Shown piece by piece: positions 32,330-45,200 of a stretch of 64,000 nucleotides of DNA (position 1 is the first letter of the stretch; each line of letters starts with the position of its first letter). The DNA is taken from contig JBHGNT010000017.1 of assembly GCA_043228905.1 (NCBI GenBank), positions 11,036,001-11,100,000 on the forward strand. Reading direction: 5' to 3'. The stretch is from Azolla caroliniana (Eukaryota; Plantae; Polypodiophyta). Below the pieces are notes generated by a model. That model was not told the DNA's origin. It made no database searches and saw only the letters and a program-made list of their open reading frames with translations. Position numbers and translations under genes: made by a program.

Positions 32330-34948
32330 GTCCTAGCACTTCTAGATTTCGGAGCTAATTCCTGTTTCATGGATTGAAATTTTGCCTAAGCTTCTGAGAT
32401 ATCCTTAAGAAAACTTCCTTGCCCCGCATCTGTAGTAGTCATTGATGGTCGTCCCATTGCTTCCGAGAATATTGTAGAAGAATCAAAACCCATTTATGTT
32501 GTCCTAGGTAGTTTTGTGTGTGTAGTAGCATTTAATATAATTAGTAGTCCAGAGCATCTCATTGTCCTAGGATTACCTTGGTTTGAATTACATAATCCAG
32601 ACATTGATTGGAGAACAAAAGAAGTCTGACATCGACAACCCCAAGAATCTACTCATCGAGTTTCGACCATTTCACTACGTCAATTACGCGAAGACGGACA
32701 CAAGGAGGCAATGTTCCTATTTGCAATATCAGTACATCCTTCCAGCACTATTAAGGAAGAATCCTTAGTACAACTTCCGGCAAAATATCATCCTTATGCC
32801 GATGTTTTTGACAAGCTAAAAGCCGGTACTCTTCCTCATCATCGTCCCTATGATTGTCCCATCGATCTACAACCGGGAGCAGAGCCACCATGGGGACCAA
32901 TTTACAACTTGTCCCCCTTCCAAGTTAGAAGTCCTTCGAGCCTACATAGAGGAGAACTTGGCAAGGGGGTTTATTCGTCATTCGAAATCTCCGGCCGGTG
33001 CACCCATCTTCTTTGTCAAGAAGAAAGATGGCTCACTTCGTCTCATCATTGATTACCACGGCTTAAATAAAGTCACCATCCGGAATAGGTATGCACTTCC
33101 TCTTATATCAAGTCTTTTAGAGCGAGTTAATGGTGCCAAGTTTTTTACAAAAATCGATTTACGAGGAGCGTATAACCTCATGCGGATCCGACCAGGAGAT
33201 GAATGGAAGACCGCCTTTCGCACGCAGTATGGGCATTTCGAATATACTGTTATGCTGTTCGGTCTAACCAATGCACCCACAATTTTCCAACCCATGGCAA
33301 ATGATATATTCAGAGACCTCTTGGATATCTGTTTGATCATCTACCTGGATGATCTATTGATTTATTCGAAGACCCAGGAAGAGCACGATTCTCATGTACT
33401 ATTAGTACTAAAACAACTCTGCGAGAATGGTCTTTATGCCAAGCTAGAAAAATAGAGCTTTGATTGCAAGCAAGTGGAATTTCTAGGCTACGTCATCTCC
33501 TCAAAGGGCATCTCCATGGATCTACCTAAAGTCCAAATTGTGCTAGAGTGGCAAATTCCACGGTCGGTACAAGATGTACAATGTTTTCTAGGTTTTGCTA
33601 ACTTCTACAGCAAGTTTATACAGGATTACACGAAGATTATTTTACCTCTCACACAACTTACGACGAAGGGACAAGCATTTCTTTGGTCCAATGAAGCGAA
33701 CATGGCTTTTTGGCATCTTAAGAAAGCCTTTACATCGGCACCTATCCTAGCTCATGTGGATACAAGCAAACCATTCATCATGGAGGCCGACGCATCAGAT
33801 TTCGCCCTCGGTAGTATCCTTTCTCAACAAGGAGATAAAGAAGAGTTACATTCTCTAGCTTTCCATTCGCGCAAATTGAATGTTGCGGAAATCAACTACG
33901 AAATACATGACAAGGAGTTATTAGCCATCGTGGATTTACTTGTGCAATGGTGGCATTTTTTGGAGGGCTCTCCACATCAGGTCATTGTCTTCAGTGATCA
34001 CAAAAACCTTGCTTATTTCCAGAACGCTCGTGTGCTAAATCGACGGCAAGCTAGGTGGGCTCAATTCCTCACACGTTTTGATTTCAAAATCGCATATCGA
34101 CCGGGGAAGTAGCAAGGAAAGGCAGATGCACTATCACGGCGTTCATATCTTGCACCTTGTCCTGGTGATCCAACGTTCGATAATCAAAAGCAAGTAATCT
34201 TGGGACCAACACGATTGCCCACAACACGGATTTTTCACACCCCAATGCATTCCGAGATTACCGACACCATACGTGCGAACTTGAAGACGAACAATTTTGT
34301 TCAAGACATTCTGGCGCACATTGATACCTCTCGGGCATCCTGTTCCCAGTCTCAAAAACCAAGTATGGACTACCGACAATTCGAATATCATGATGGTTTG
34401 TTATTCTTTAAAAAGCTTCTATATGTCCCCGATTGCTCCTGTTGCCTTCAAATCGTCCAACGTTGTCATGACACCCATATGGCGGGACATTTCGGTAGCA
34501 CTAAGACGTTGGATCTAGTTCAACGATCCTTTTGGTGGCCCCATATGCGACGTTTTGTCGACGACTATGTTCGGACCTGTGATGCTTGCTGCCGAGCAAA
34601 GATGCCACGACACCATCCGTATGGCTTGTTGGAACCCTTACAGATTCCAAGTAAGCCATGGCAGTCTATTTGTCTTGACTTTATCACAGATCTGCCGGTC
34701 TCGAAGGGGTTCGATGCTATCTTAACCATCATCAATCGATATACGAAGACGACACATTTTGTGTCGTGTACTAAGGCCATCACTAGCGAGGAAACCGCCA
34801 CCCTTGTCATGCATGAGGTATTTCGGCATCATGGCCTCCCAGACAGTATCATCAGTGATCGAGGACCGCAATTCGTCTCCAAATTTTGGCAGCATCTCTT
34901 CAAGATGCTCAAGGTCTCTTGCAACCTCTCCTCCGACTACCATCCTCA
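32330..34948 (+). pseudogene. pol: Chromovirus-type pol pseudogene (PR-RT-RH-INT)
   Basis: ORFs 32711-33052, 32850-33455, 33474-34112 and 34200-35012 with Tf1/Tcn1-like motifs. Confidence 0.92.
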
Positions 34949-35365
34949 GCAAGCTCAACCGGATCCGGATCGACTGAATAAGCCTGAGCCGGATCGGTAT
35001 CCAGAAGGATGAGCCGGATCGGTGAGCTAGTGAGCAAGTAAGCCAGTGAGTCGGGGAGCCGGTTGGCCGGATCCAGCAGTATCCGGAAGCCTAGTAGCAG
35101 CCTAGACTGCTAAGTAGTTAATGACTCGTTGTTAGTGTCAGACGCTCGTGTGAGCATTGAAGTACACCGTACTTCTGTTAGTCCTTTAAGGACTTGTATA
35201 AATCGTGATATTGAAGCATGTTGTAAAGAGAGGGAGAACTATTATTGTTTTGAAATAGATTTTCAATGTTCTGCTCATTCTCTGTCTCTCTCGCATACAC
35301 TCTGTGTTTCTATCTCTCTCTCTCTCTCTCTCTGTTGCTACTCGGCGGAGCCAATTTGTCTGACA
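34949..35365 (+). repeat. Probable partial LTR of an unidentified family
   Basis: CCGG-rich segment, TGTATAAAT at ~35195, CT-rich tract, ends TCTGACA exactly where - strand gag coding begins; no partner copy in window. Confidence 0.45.
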
Positions 35366-37090
35366 CTTTCGCACCTTCGTTTTTGCATCGATGGTCCGGC
35401 CACATCATCTGTGCACCATCGCGATTTTAGATTCTCCATCTCCTTTAGCAACTGCTCCACCTTGGTAGCGTCGATTCCCTTCTTGATCGTAGTATCCCGA
35501 GCCCGCGGTTGATGGTCTTCCAATCCGGATCTCGGTTTCGGAATCGGTTCCGAAACCCTCTTTTCTTCGTATCAGCCACATTGGTCATCTTTAATCGATC
35601 ATCCCTAAGTATAAACCATGTTGTTGCCGACGATATTCTCATCTTCCTCTTATCATATCCTCGGCATACTTTTTCAACTTCAGCCCAATTCTCGGTAAGT
35701 CCATTTGCACTGTTATCATCTTCAAGTTTGATCCCGATGTCCATTCTTTCTTTCCGATCGATCGATCTTACGAACATTAGGACTTTATCTACCCCCACCA
35801 ATCTTTGTTCGCGCTCCGAGAGTCGAGCAAAACGATGCTCAAACTCTAGGAATGCTTGCTTCGCGCTTTGGTGGGTCTTCTCCGATGCCATCCACTGGTC
35901 GAACTCGTGCCGAGCTCATCCCTTTGGTCTCTCGTAATCATATGCCTCTCATAAGGCTTCTTCGAAGGACCCCCATGTCGGGTTTTGCTACCGCATCTTA
36001 TGAATTCCCTCTTGTACCTCATGCGTGGCCACCCGACTGAAGGATATCACTTGCAATCCTTCCGGTATCCCACATCACATCATCGCCGCCTTGTAGTCAC
36101 ATAAATAGCGTGACACATCCTTTCCGTTGAATTGCCCGTTTCTTTGCACAAGCCGCTCTACTGCCGATTTGCTCTCCGACAACGCGCGTTGTTCTTGTAG
36201 TATGTGGTTTAACATCATGGTCATCATGGTCATCGCCTCTTGTGTATTTTCCATCTCCTTGCCACCCGACTTCACGTTGGGTTCACCAAATGTATCGTGC
36301 CTTTCGGCGCCAGATCATTTGCGTGAGTCGGGTGGGAACCACTAGGGTTTTGGACTAGGAGAAGGAACAATTTGAGACGAATCTAGTTATGAACAGATTT
36401 TAAGAAAGAGATATAAAAATCTCGTGAATCCCACGAGTATAATGTATTTGATTAGATTAATCATTATTAAGATAAGAATATGAATTTGGATTGAAAGAGA
36501 GAGATATAGAAACCTCGTGAATCCCACGTTTATAGTTTGTTTCGTGAATCCCACAAATATAATTTATTAATTCGTGTTTTTTAGAAATCTATCCAATTTC
36601 CAAAAGATTTCACTCTCATTACATTGTGCTCCACATCCTTTTATAGTGATGAGAGAGTATTAGCAATCCATGATTTTTCTCTTACTATCAACTCCATGCT
36701 TTTTCTATCAATAGATTATATGTGTTCTCTAACATTCTTCTTCAAAAAGTGATCATGCTTTTTCTAACCTCATGCGTTTTTATCGACTATAGTGTTTATG
36801 CACGGTAGATGTGCATGTGTAACTTTTTTCTATCATGCGTTTTTCTTCTAACTAAAGCTTTTCCTAGAAAATATATGTGAACTTACCTTTTTATGTGGGA
36901 TATCTACTTTTTAACACTTATGATGTGTTAGTATAATGATAAGCCTTTACATTATAAACATGGAGGTACAATGTTCGAATCTTGACCTATACATGTAATA
37001 TATATTTTGATATTTCTTTCTTTTTCTTCATATTTATTTAATCGGTTATTTTATACGTTTTTCACGTAGTGTACGAAATACACTACGACA
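35366..37090 (-). mobile_element. 5' part of a Phygy-like gypsy: LTR 36293-37090, tRNA-Trp PBS, degenerate gag
   Basis: PBS TGGTGAACCCAACGTGAA (36271-36288); gag NGQFNGKDVSRYL...DKVLMFVRSID...LEDDNSANGL homologous to 59476-60639; LTR homologous to 57238-58042. Confidence 0.87.
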
Positions 37091-37178
37091 ACGTTTTGTG
37101 TGGGTTGGAAGCGGGAGGAAGCAGAGCGAGCGCGGCGATCTAACCCTTTGCTTAGAGTTGTTGCTCGAGTTCAATCCT

Positions 37179-38519
37179 CTAGGTCTTGGATGCCTTCCAC
37201 AGGTCTGTGGCAGTCTTAGCTTGTTGTCGCGCTAATTTACAGTTGGCGACCAAGTCTTTTGCCACTCGCGTTGTTCTGTCTAGTTCGCGATATGTTTCCA
37301 CAAGTGCTGTGTTAAGATCTGGAAGCTCAATGCGGGTGCGTCGTTTCTTCGTGCCCCATTTACGCCCCACCTTTTGTAATTTTAGTTCATCGTCTGAAGC
37401 CAGCTCGTTATCCAATGCCCTTTCGATTACTTGTTGCTCGGCATGTTCTTGGGCCATGCAACATGCGACAGCGACATGGAGACTAACCAAGAAGTCGATG
37501 AGCTCGTAAGTCGTGCCATGCTGCAAAATAGAACCGAGCTTGTATGCTAGCGTGGTGTCCGGAACTACAATGATGGATTTATCCAGAATGATGACTAGTT
37601 GTATCTCTTTAGCCGTGGATTCCGTTGTTGCCTTGTCATTACTACGGCGGTCGATTTGGTGGCGTTTCGTGGCCGGGCCCTTTGGAGTAGCACGTTCCTC
37701 GCCACTTCTCTTCGTTTGGAGTTTTGTTGCACAAGAAGTCTCTAGAGCAGGTTTGCAGATTTCAGTCTGTTTGGCCGGTCTTGGGCTAGGAGTAGTGCAT
37801 GGCGAAGTGACTTTGGGCACGGGGGTGCTGGGCTTAGCGTGGCCACAGATCGTGATGTTATCGATATTTTCCGTGGTTGTCTCGGCTTGTGTTGGAGTAG
37901 GGGTTGACGTTGGAGTATTGGCGTGCCATTCTTATTGTGGAAACTGCAAGGTTCGTTGTCGCTTGGCCTGAGTGGGGGGAGCGGGAAGCGCCAATATTTG
38001 GCGTTGTGGTGTCGGTGTTTGCGAAGGGTAAATCACGTCTATGTATTGTGCCAATACCGAAAGGAAATGCTTACTTGATTGGAAGGATGCTATCGTGGCG
38101 CGAATTCCTTTCCTAGTGAGTATACCCCAATCGACAACTCCGACTCGATATGTCGTGATGATTAAGCCGGCCCTCTTCTTGGGTATGCTATATGCATTGG
38201 CGGTGATACATCCATACTCCAAAAGAAAATGGGCCAGATTTCCAAAGAATTCATTGGAACCTTCGTGCGTGCGATGGGCCTTTGTGGATAGGGAGTATTC
38301 TCCGAAATATTGCTCCAAAATGTGTTGTGGTGGAGCGTCAACATCGTGTTTGTCCCCGCGCTTCAAACTAAGAGCCCAACAGATTTGATTGTTGGTAATG
38401 GTGTTCGGATGCACCCTCTTGGCTATTGTCTGTGCTTCGGGGTGTGGAGCAGTGTTGAGGACCCAAGCCATGCCTGTTGAGCCAAGTGCGGAGTTCGGTG
38501 GACACTTCGATCGTCATGG
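37179..38519 (-). pseudogene. Element C accessory ORF, N-terminal half
   Basis: VSTELRTWLNRHGL, APHPEA, YFGEYSLS, KKRAGLIITTY...VDWG, and IELPDLNTALVETYR shared with B (MELPPLNTTLVEIHR). Confidence 0.85.
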
Positions 38520-39105
38520 TTGTATCCGAAATGCAGGAAGGCGAGCAAGGATGGGAGTGAGGAGACAAAGATCGTGAGAGTGCTTGGGTGTAAGGGGTTA
38601 GGGTGCAAGAGGGAGTTTGAGTAGAAGATGAGAGAACTTGGGCGTCTTTGCAAAGTTGAGAGCTCTGTCTGTGTGTGCCTCTCTTGTTGTTCTCTGACCG
38701 GACAAGGCCTAACACAAGGTGTCGCGGAGACACTTCACCAAAGGGTGATTACGGCATAGGATTATGACTCAACGATTACACCGACTTACGTAGGTTACAC
38801 GATTAGAGCGCTTTTGTTAATTACACGCGTAAGATATAACAGTAATTACAGAACGGAAATCCACACAGAAGTATAAACACCATACGCTCTATTAATTATC
38901 CGCTGCGATTACAATGGGCTCCGGGCCTTTAAATAGGTTTCCGGTCCATAGTACAAAACGGTGCCTATCGCACCTATTCGGGATCCGTCCGGATCTGGAA
39001 CGGCATACCGTTTCCAGTCCGTCCGTCCATACTATGCTTATTTACAACCATACTTAATTAATTCCTTCACTCCGTATTTTGGACTTCTTGCCGGCCGGTA
39101 ACACA

Positions 39106-39143
39106 TGGCACGCCCGTGGGACAGTACCTTGTAGGTCGAACCC
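39106..39143 (+). promoter_or_regulatory. Inverted tRNA-Arg PBS-like module at the PPT position (element D)
   Basis: TGGCACGCCCGTGGGAC-AGTACCTTGTAGG-TCGAACCC, 2 nt from the LTR. Confidence 0.85.
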
Positions 39144-39155
39144 TTCTCGGCCCCT

Positions 39156-41816
39156 TCATTGTTCACCCAAATTGTCCAAAATACTTTGTTCCAGAGTTTC
39201 CAATTGTTCTTCCGGTTGTGGTTGTTGCGGCTGTGCTTGCTGCTGCTGCTGTGGTTGCGGTTGGGACTGAGACTGCTCTATAGGCGGCTGCTCCGTTTGT
39301 TTCTCTGACTCCGGCATCCCCGTTTGACTGCTTCCGGTCCGGTCTCCTTCCAGTAACGGTTCCTCATCACTGAGGTTGACCGTTACTGGTTCTTGTGCTT
39401 TCTCTTCCCGGATCCAGGACCTCTCGTAGCTTTCAAACTGGATCTGCGCCTCTAGCCTGTCGTCGTCCAGCTGAGCTACAAGTTGCCGGACTTGCCCTAG
39501 TTGGTCCTCTGCCAAGGCTTGAAAGTCTTCGGCCAGCTCATCTCTTATGCCGGTGAAGTCTTCGGAAGTCAGCATATAGCAATCATCTCCCTCCTTCCGC
39601 CGGTTCTCTACGTCGGCCCGGAGCAATTGGAGTTCCGCTGCGTTCGGGGCCCACTTGGTCCACCATTTGACGGAACCGTTGTCAATCAAGCTCTTGGTCT
39701 GGTTCAACCAGGCCCGCATGATATCCTGGATGCGACTTGCTCCCATTTGCGCTCTACTTTCCACAACTTGTCGTTCCTCCTTCAACTGCTTGATGAGATT
39801 AGCCGTATCCTCCGCCTGCTCTCTGTAGCGCGTCAGCTGCCCTTGATATGTTGTCTGCAGCCTCTGCAGTACCTCCGCCGCTCTTTCTCTTTCCGCCTGC
39901 TGTTGCCTGAGGAGCTCTGTCCGAACCTTCTCCGCCTCTTCCAACCGTCTTCTGGTTTCCGCTTGTTCATTAGCGTATGCCGTTGCGGTCCGATCATTTG
40001 CTTGCCGGAGCTCATCCGTCCGTTCCTTGTGCTCCGTTTGCAACCGTTTATACTCCCGGTGCAAGTGCTCAAATTCCTCCGTTTTTTGTTTGAGCTTGCC
40101 GTTGATCTGGCGATGGTTCCGGTCCTCCCGGTCCTTTAGCTGCCGGTGTTCCTCTTTCAGGCGCTCTACTTCTATTTCAGCGTTTCTCCGGAGCCTGTCC
40201 TTCTCTTGCAGCATTTTCTCCTTTTCCTCCTTGAGCCGGTCGTACGCTTGGTGGCCTTTTCGTAAGCTCTCCTCGGCCCGGCGTAGATTCTCAGCAGTCT
40301 TTTTGAGTTCTGCCTCCGCTGCCGTCTTCAACTCTCTTTCGCGGCTCCTCAGCGCTTCTTGGGCAGCTAGCTCATCCTTTAAGTCCGCAAGCTCTTGGGC
40401 TTGTGCCGCATTTCTCTCCGGAACGGTTTCCGTTGCCGGGGTCTGATTGCTATGTACAGGTTGATCTGACGCTTTATTCTGTACATTGCCCGGAGTCACC
40501 GGTGCTTGGACTTGTGTTGTCAAAGCCAATTGAGCCATTTCCCTTGTGACCCTGTCCAAGTCTTGTTCAAGGCTCCGGATTCTGGACCGGGCCGTCTCTA
40601 GATCTACGGTTGTGACGAGCAACCGTTCGTGGTGCACTCTCTCCTCCGCCTCTATGTACTCAACCGCTCCGGCGATCTGCTCGCCTACCCGCCGTAGCCA
40701 CATGCTACTGGTGCCTTGCTGCTGTACTGGTCGGGTCGGCTCGTTCACTGTGGAATTGTCTGGCCTGAGTGCCTGTATCTGCCGTTCTGGTTCTACTCCT
40801 TGGCCGCTGTGTGTGCTGGCTGGGCTCGCCGGCTGTTGAGTTCCGGTTCTCGCCGTCTCCGGAGCCGTTGGAATGACTTCTTGTATAGAAGTCGACAAGG
40901 CCGGTTCTATACGCACCGGTTCCGGTTCCTCCCTTGTGGTTTGCTCAGGTTGAGTTGGGGGCGTTTCTTCCTTTTGCGGGTACGCACGCTCCCCCGCTGT
41001 CCCGGCGGTCCTACTTCTTGACCGTCGTTGGAGGTGCTCTACTGGCTCCTCCGTTTCCTCTTCCTGGGTAACGGCATGTATCTGTGCCGTCAAGGGTTCC
41101 GGTTCCTTCTGTCCCGGTCGCCGTATGGTTATCTTAACGGGTCGGACCGGTGACACCTCCTCCGGTTCTGGGAGCCGTTTCTTCCCTTTCGTTGCCTTCG
41201 ACGCCAGCAGCAGTTGTCGTTTGGACGCGGGTTTCGAGGTGCTTCCTTCCGATAATCTTGGCCGCTTCTTTGGCTGGACGGTGTCGACCGGCGGCGCGAG
41301 CAATGTTATCCACTGAGCTACGGCATGCCACAGCTTCCGGCCCTCCTTGCCGTCCTTTCCTCGTACCGTGTCGATTGCCGCGCACAAACCGTCTGCAATC
41401 AACACCGGCCAATCCACCTTGATCCCTTCATAGGTGGCTATGATCATCCCTGCCCGATTTTTTGGCATGACAGGGGGTCGAGGGTACATGTGGCCGTACT
41501 CATGGAGCACTCGAGCTATCTCCCTGAATAGCGGATCTTCGCCGCCCTGCGTTCGATAGCCTTTGCCGGCTAGAGAGTACTCACCGAAATATCAGATGAG
41601 TTGCTCCGATGTTGGGTTATCGATCTGAAAAATACCTCCCTCCGGAAGGCCTGTTAGGGCACGGATCGCTTCCTCGGTGATGACTTCTGTGTCGAGCTCC
41701 TTGATGACCCGGTCGGCTTCTTTGTGCGGTGGTGCCTCCATGATGGTCAAGAACCCATCCAGTCCGTGTTGCCTGAGCCATTTCCTGGCCGCTTCCGACA
41801 GCGTTTGTGGGTCCAT
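39156..41816 (-). CDS. Element D accessory ORF (~886 codons, one in-frame TGA at 41592-41594)
   Basis: MDPQTLSEAARKWL...SEQLI*YFGEYSLAGKGYRTQGGEDPLFREIARVLHEYG continues in frame into the 784-aa ORF. Confidence 0.87.
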
Positions 41817-42218
41817 GTCTGCTTCGAGGTCGAGGAAAGATGGCGAGGTAGAGTGGTGATGAGAGTGAGAGCGAGAGAGAGAGAGTTCCGAACGTGGGGG
41901 TTCTCTGAGTGCAGGTTCGCGTTTGCTAAGCTTCCACCGCCTTGGTGCTTCTGTGCTTCTTGGCTCGCGAAATGAAAAGGTCTCCATGCGTTCTGCTTTT
42001 TCTCTGTGCGTCTTGGCGCCTTTTTCGAGCATGCGCACGTCGTGTACCAATTTAGTATTAAGTAATGTGGCGGCTCTTAAATGCCCACTACGTACCTTTT
42101 CGCTCCTTGCTTTCACGTCCGTTCATACCTTGATTTTTAATGATTTCTCTTCTTCTTCTTTTTTTTTTTTAATTTATTTTTTATTTATTTATTTATTTAT
42201 AAATGACGGTATGTGATC

Positions 42219-45200
42219 TTACACATCCGTAGGTCCCTTCGGACCCTTACTGTTTTCCTTACGGGTTGCCGTGTCTTCCTTCGCCTCTGCTACGGGTTCC
42301 CTGTCGTCTTTTTCTTCCATCCGTACCGTTCCCGGTATAGTGCCGGTGGGTTGCATAAACGGGTTATTTGGCATCGGTCCTTTATAGGGCTTTAGTCTAA
42401 ATCCGTTGACCCACTTGCCTAGCACTTCACCGGCAAGTGTCCCTAACTGATAGGACCCGTTGTATTCCCGTGTCAGCCAATACGGGCCTGTCCATCTAAA
42501 CCGGAGTTTACCCGGCATCTTGCCCATCCTCGTTTGCAATACTAGCACCGGCTTTCCGATTTCGAACATCTTTTCATTACCTTTCCGGTGACGGTCAACG
42601 AACGCTTTCCGTCGTCGTTGCTCCAGTTCCATGTGTAGGATGCTGGCCAGCCGTTGCTCCTCCAGTTCGCATAGTGCTGCTAGCCGCATTTCCTCCGACT
42701 CCTTTTCATTCAGCCGTTCCCGTAGTTGGATCCGTAAGCTTGGTACCTGAAATTCCACCGGCATGACCGCCTCTAAGCCGAACGCTAACCGGAACGGCGT
42801 TGTCCGGATACTTGTTTTGTATGCCGTTCGGTACGCCCATAGCGCGCTATGGAGCTTTGTATCCCAGTCCGTCCGGTTTTCATTGACGATTTTGCGGAGA
42901 ATGTTCTGGAGCGTTTTATTGGTTGACTCTGCTAACCCGTTTGCTTGTGGGTAGTACGGTGTGCTCCGTTTATGGACCACGGCATAGAACGTTGTTAAGC
43001 TTTCAACTACCTGGCCGAGGAAGTGCCCTCCTTGGTCGCTGATTAATTCAATCGGACATCCATATCGGCACCAAATGTTTTCGTACAGGAATTTTGCTGT
43101 GGATGACGCGGTGTTGTCTCTCAAGGCCTTAGCCTCCACCCATTTAGTGCAATAATCTGTTGCCACGATGACATAAGGATTACCCGTTCTCATTGCCGGT
43201 GGCTTGAACGGTCCGACAAAATCCAACCCCCACTTCTGGAATGGCTCTAGTGGAAGTACCGGTTGGTGTGGCATCCGTGCTTGCTCCGTAGGCTGGCCCA
43301 TTCGTTGGCATAGGTCACATTCCTTAGCATACTTGACGGCGTCTTTTAACGTCGTGGGCCACCATAAGCCGCTCTGCCATACTTTCCTTGCCGTCGCTTC
43401 CCCGGCATAGTGTCCTCCGGCAACCCCACAGTGTGCTTCCCGTAAGATTACTTGTTTCTCGTCACTACGGACTGCCCGTCTCCATATTCCATCTGCTCCC
43501 TTGTGGTAGAGAGTGCCCCGTAACAGAAAGAAATTGCGGCTCTGCACCGCCAGTCGTTTCCTCTCGTCCCGGTTCATTTCCTCCGGTGGCAGGCCCGTGC
43601 TTAGGAACTGGTGCATGTTTGTCAGCCACCTATCTTCTGATGCCACCGTGTCGTCCGCTGCCGTTTCCGGGGTGATACGGAATAACTCTGCGTCCGGGAA
43701 TTCATCCGATACTCCGTCGCCTGATTCTCCGGACTCTAACCGGCTCAGGTAGTCTGCTACGGCATGCTGGATACCGGGCCGGTGGAAGATCTCGAATTCG
43801 AACTCCTGCAACAGCAAGGTCCAACGGGCCAACTTACCGGTCAGGGACGCCTTGGACACTAAGTACAGGAGCACCGAGTGATCCACATGAAAGGAGAACT
43901 TCCTTCCCAATAGGTAATGACGAAACTTTGTGACACTGTAGATCATGCCCAAGGCCTCCCGTTCCGTAGTCGAATAGTTCTTCTCCGCTTGGGACAGCTT
44001 CCGGCTGGCGTAATATACCGGCCGGTACCATTTGGGCTCCGTAAGTTGCATTAAGGCGCTGCCGATAGCGATGTCGGAAGCGTCAACGAACACATGAAAT
44101 TCCTTGCTCCAATCCGGAGGCTGCACGACGGGTGCTTGCGACAAAAGTACCTTCAGGGCATTGTATGCCTTATCCTCCGTATCCGTCCATTGGAACGGTG
44201 TCCGATGTACCGCGGTGTGTAATGGTGTAGCCAAGTCAGCCAAGTGACGGAGCATCCGGCTGTGCCACCGGATCTGTCCTAAGAATCGGCTTAGTGCTTT
44301 GGCCGTTTTCGGCGCCGGTGCCCCTAGTATCGCGTTTACTTTGTCCGGGTCGACCGCAATGCCCTCCTTACTTACAATGTGTCCCAGTAATATTCCACTT
44401 GAAACCCCAAAGATGCATTTTGCTGGGTTTAAGCTTAGCCGGTATAACCTACACTTTTCAAGGCATAACCGTAGGTGCTGCAAATGGTCTTTTTCCCGGC
44501 TATAGACTGCAAAGTCATCCAGGAAAACCTGCATGAAGGCTAGAATGTATTCGCCGAAGATCTCCATGATGATTCGCTGGAAAGTTGCTGGTGCCGTTTT
44601 TAGTCCGAACATCATTACTACGGCCACAAACACCCCCCATTCGGTGACGAACGATGTCTTCTCCTGGTCGTCAGGGTGCATCCGGATTTGATTGTATCCG
44701 CTGAACCCGTCTAAAAAGCTATAAACTTCATGGCCGGCGACGGCATCCAGTACTCCATCCGTGAACGGAAGAGGGAATGCATCCGTAATTGTGGCTGCAT
44801 TTAGTTTCCTGTAATCTACACACACGCGGATTTTACCGTTCTTCTTTGGGACGACGACAATGGGGCTCAGCCACGTCGCTTTCTTTACCGGCCGGATGAA
44901 GCCCACTCTTAGGAGTTTGTCGATTTCCTCCTTCACTTTGGCGGCGTAGTTGGGGTTCATTCGGTAACGTCTTTGCGCCACTGGTTTCGCGTCCTTGCCT
45001 AAGTGGATCTGATGTTGATATAATTGAGGGTCCAGCCCTCGCATGTCTTCATATGACCAGGCGAATACATCGCGAAACTCCGTGAGAAGTTTGATCATCG
45101 CCGCTTTATCTTCCGGCTTCATTTCTTTGGCGATGTGTACCGGCTTTGATTCGTCCTTGCTTCCTAGGTTCACTTCGTCGAGCTGGGATGTTTTTACCCG

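Larger units (their letters stand above)
14604..34948 (+). mobile_element. Degenerate chromovirus-type (Tcn1/Tf1-like) gypsy element hosting elements A and B
   Basis: 5' LTR 14604-15036 + 25121-25130 (TGTCA..., TATA 14788); gag start 25201 split by B and resuming at 32214; protease ALLDFGANSCFMD (~32335); RT ([29 protein letters not shown]), RNase H (EADASDFALG, NYEIHDKELLAIV) and integrase (HDTHMAGH..CDAC, LDFITDLP, SDRGPQF), truncated at YHPQ. Confidence 0.85.

Noticed and set aside
13100-37090. One Phygy-like element split by a single nested insertion at 14604-35365
   Set aside because: No TSD (ACCAT versus CTTTC), the two LTRs differ structurally and protease is missing; left as separate fragments.
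39156-41816. Accessory ORF as retroviral Env or captured host myosin/SMC gene
   Set aside because: No signal or transmembrane segment, and no motor or ATPase motifs; resemblance is generic coiled coil.
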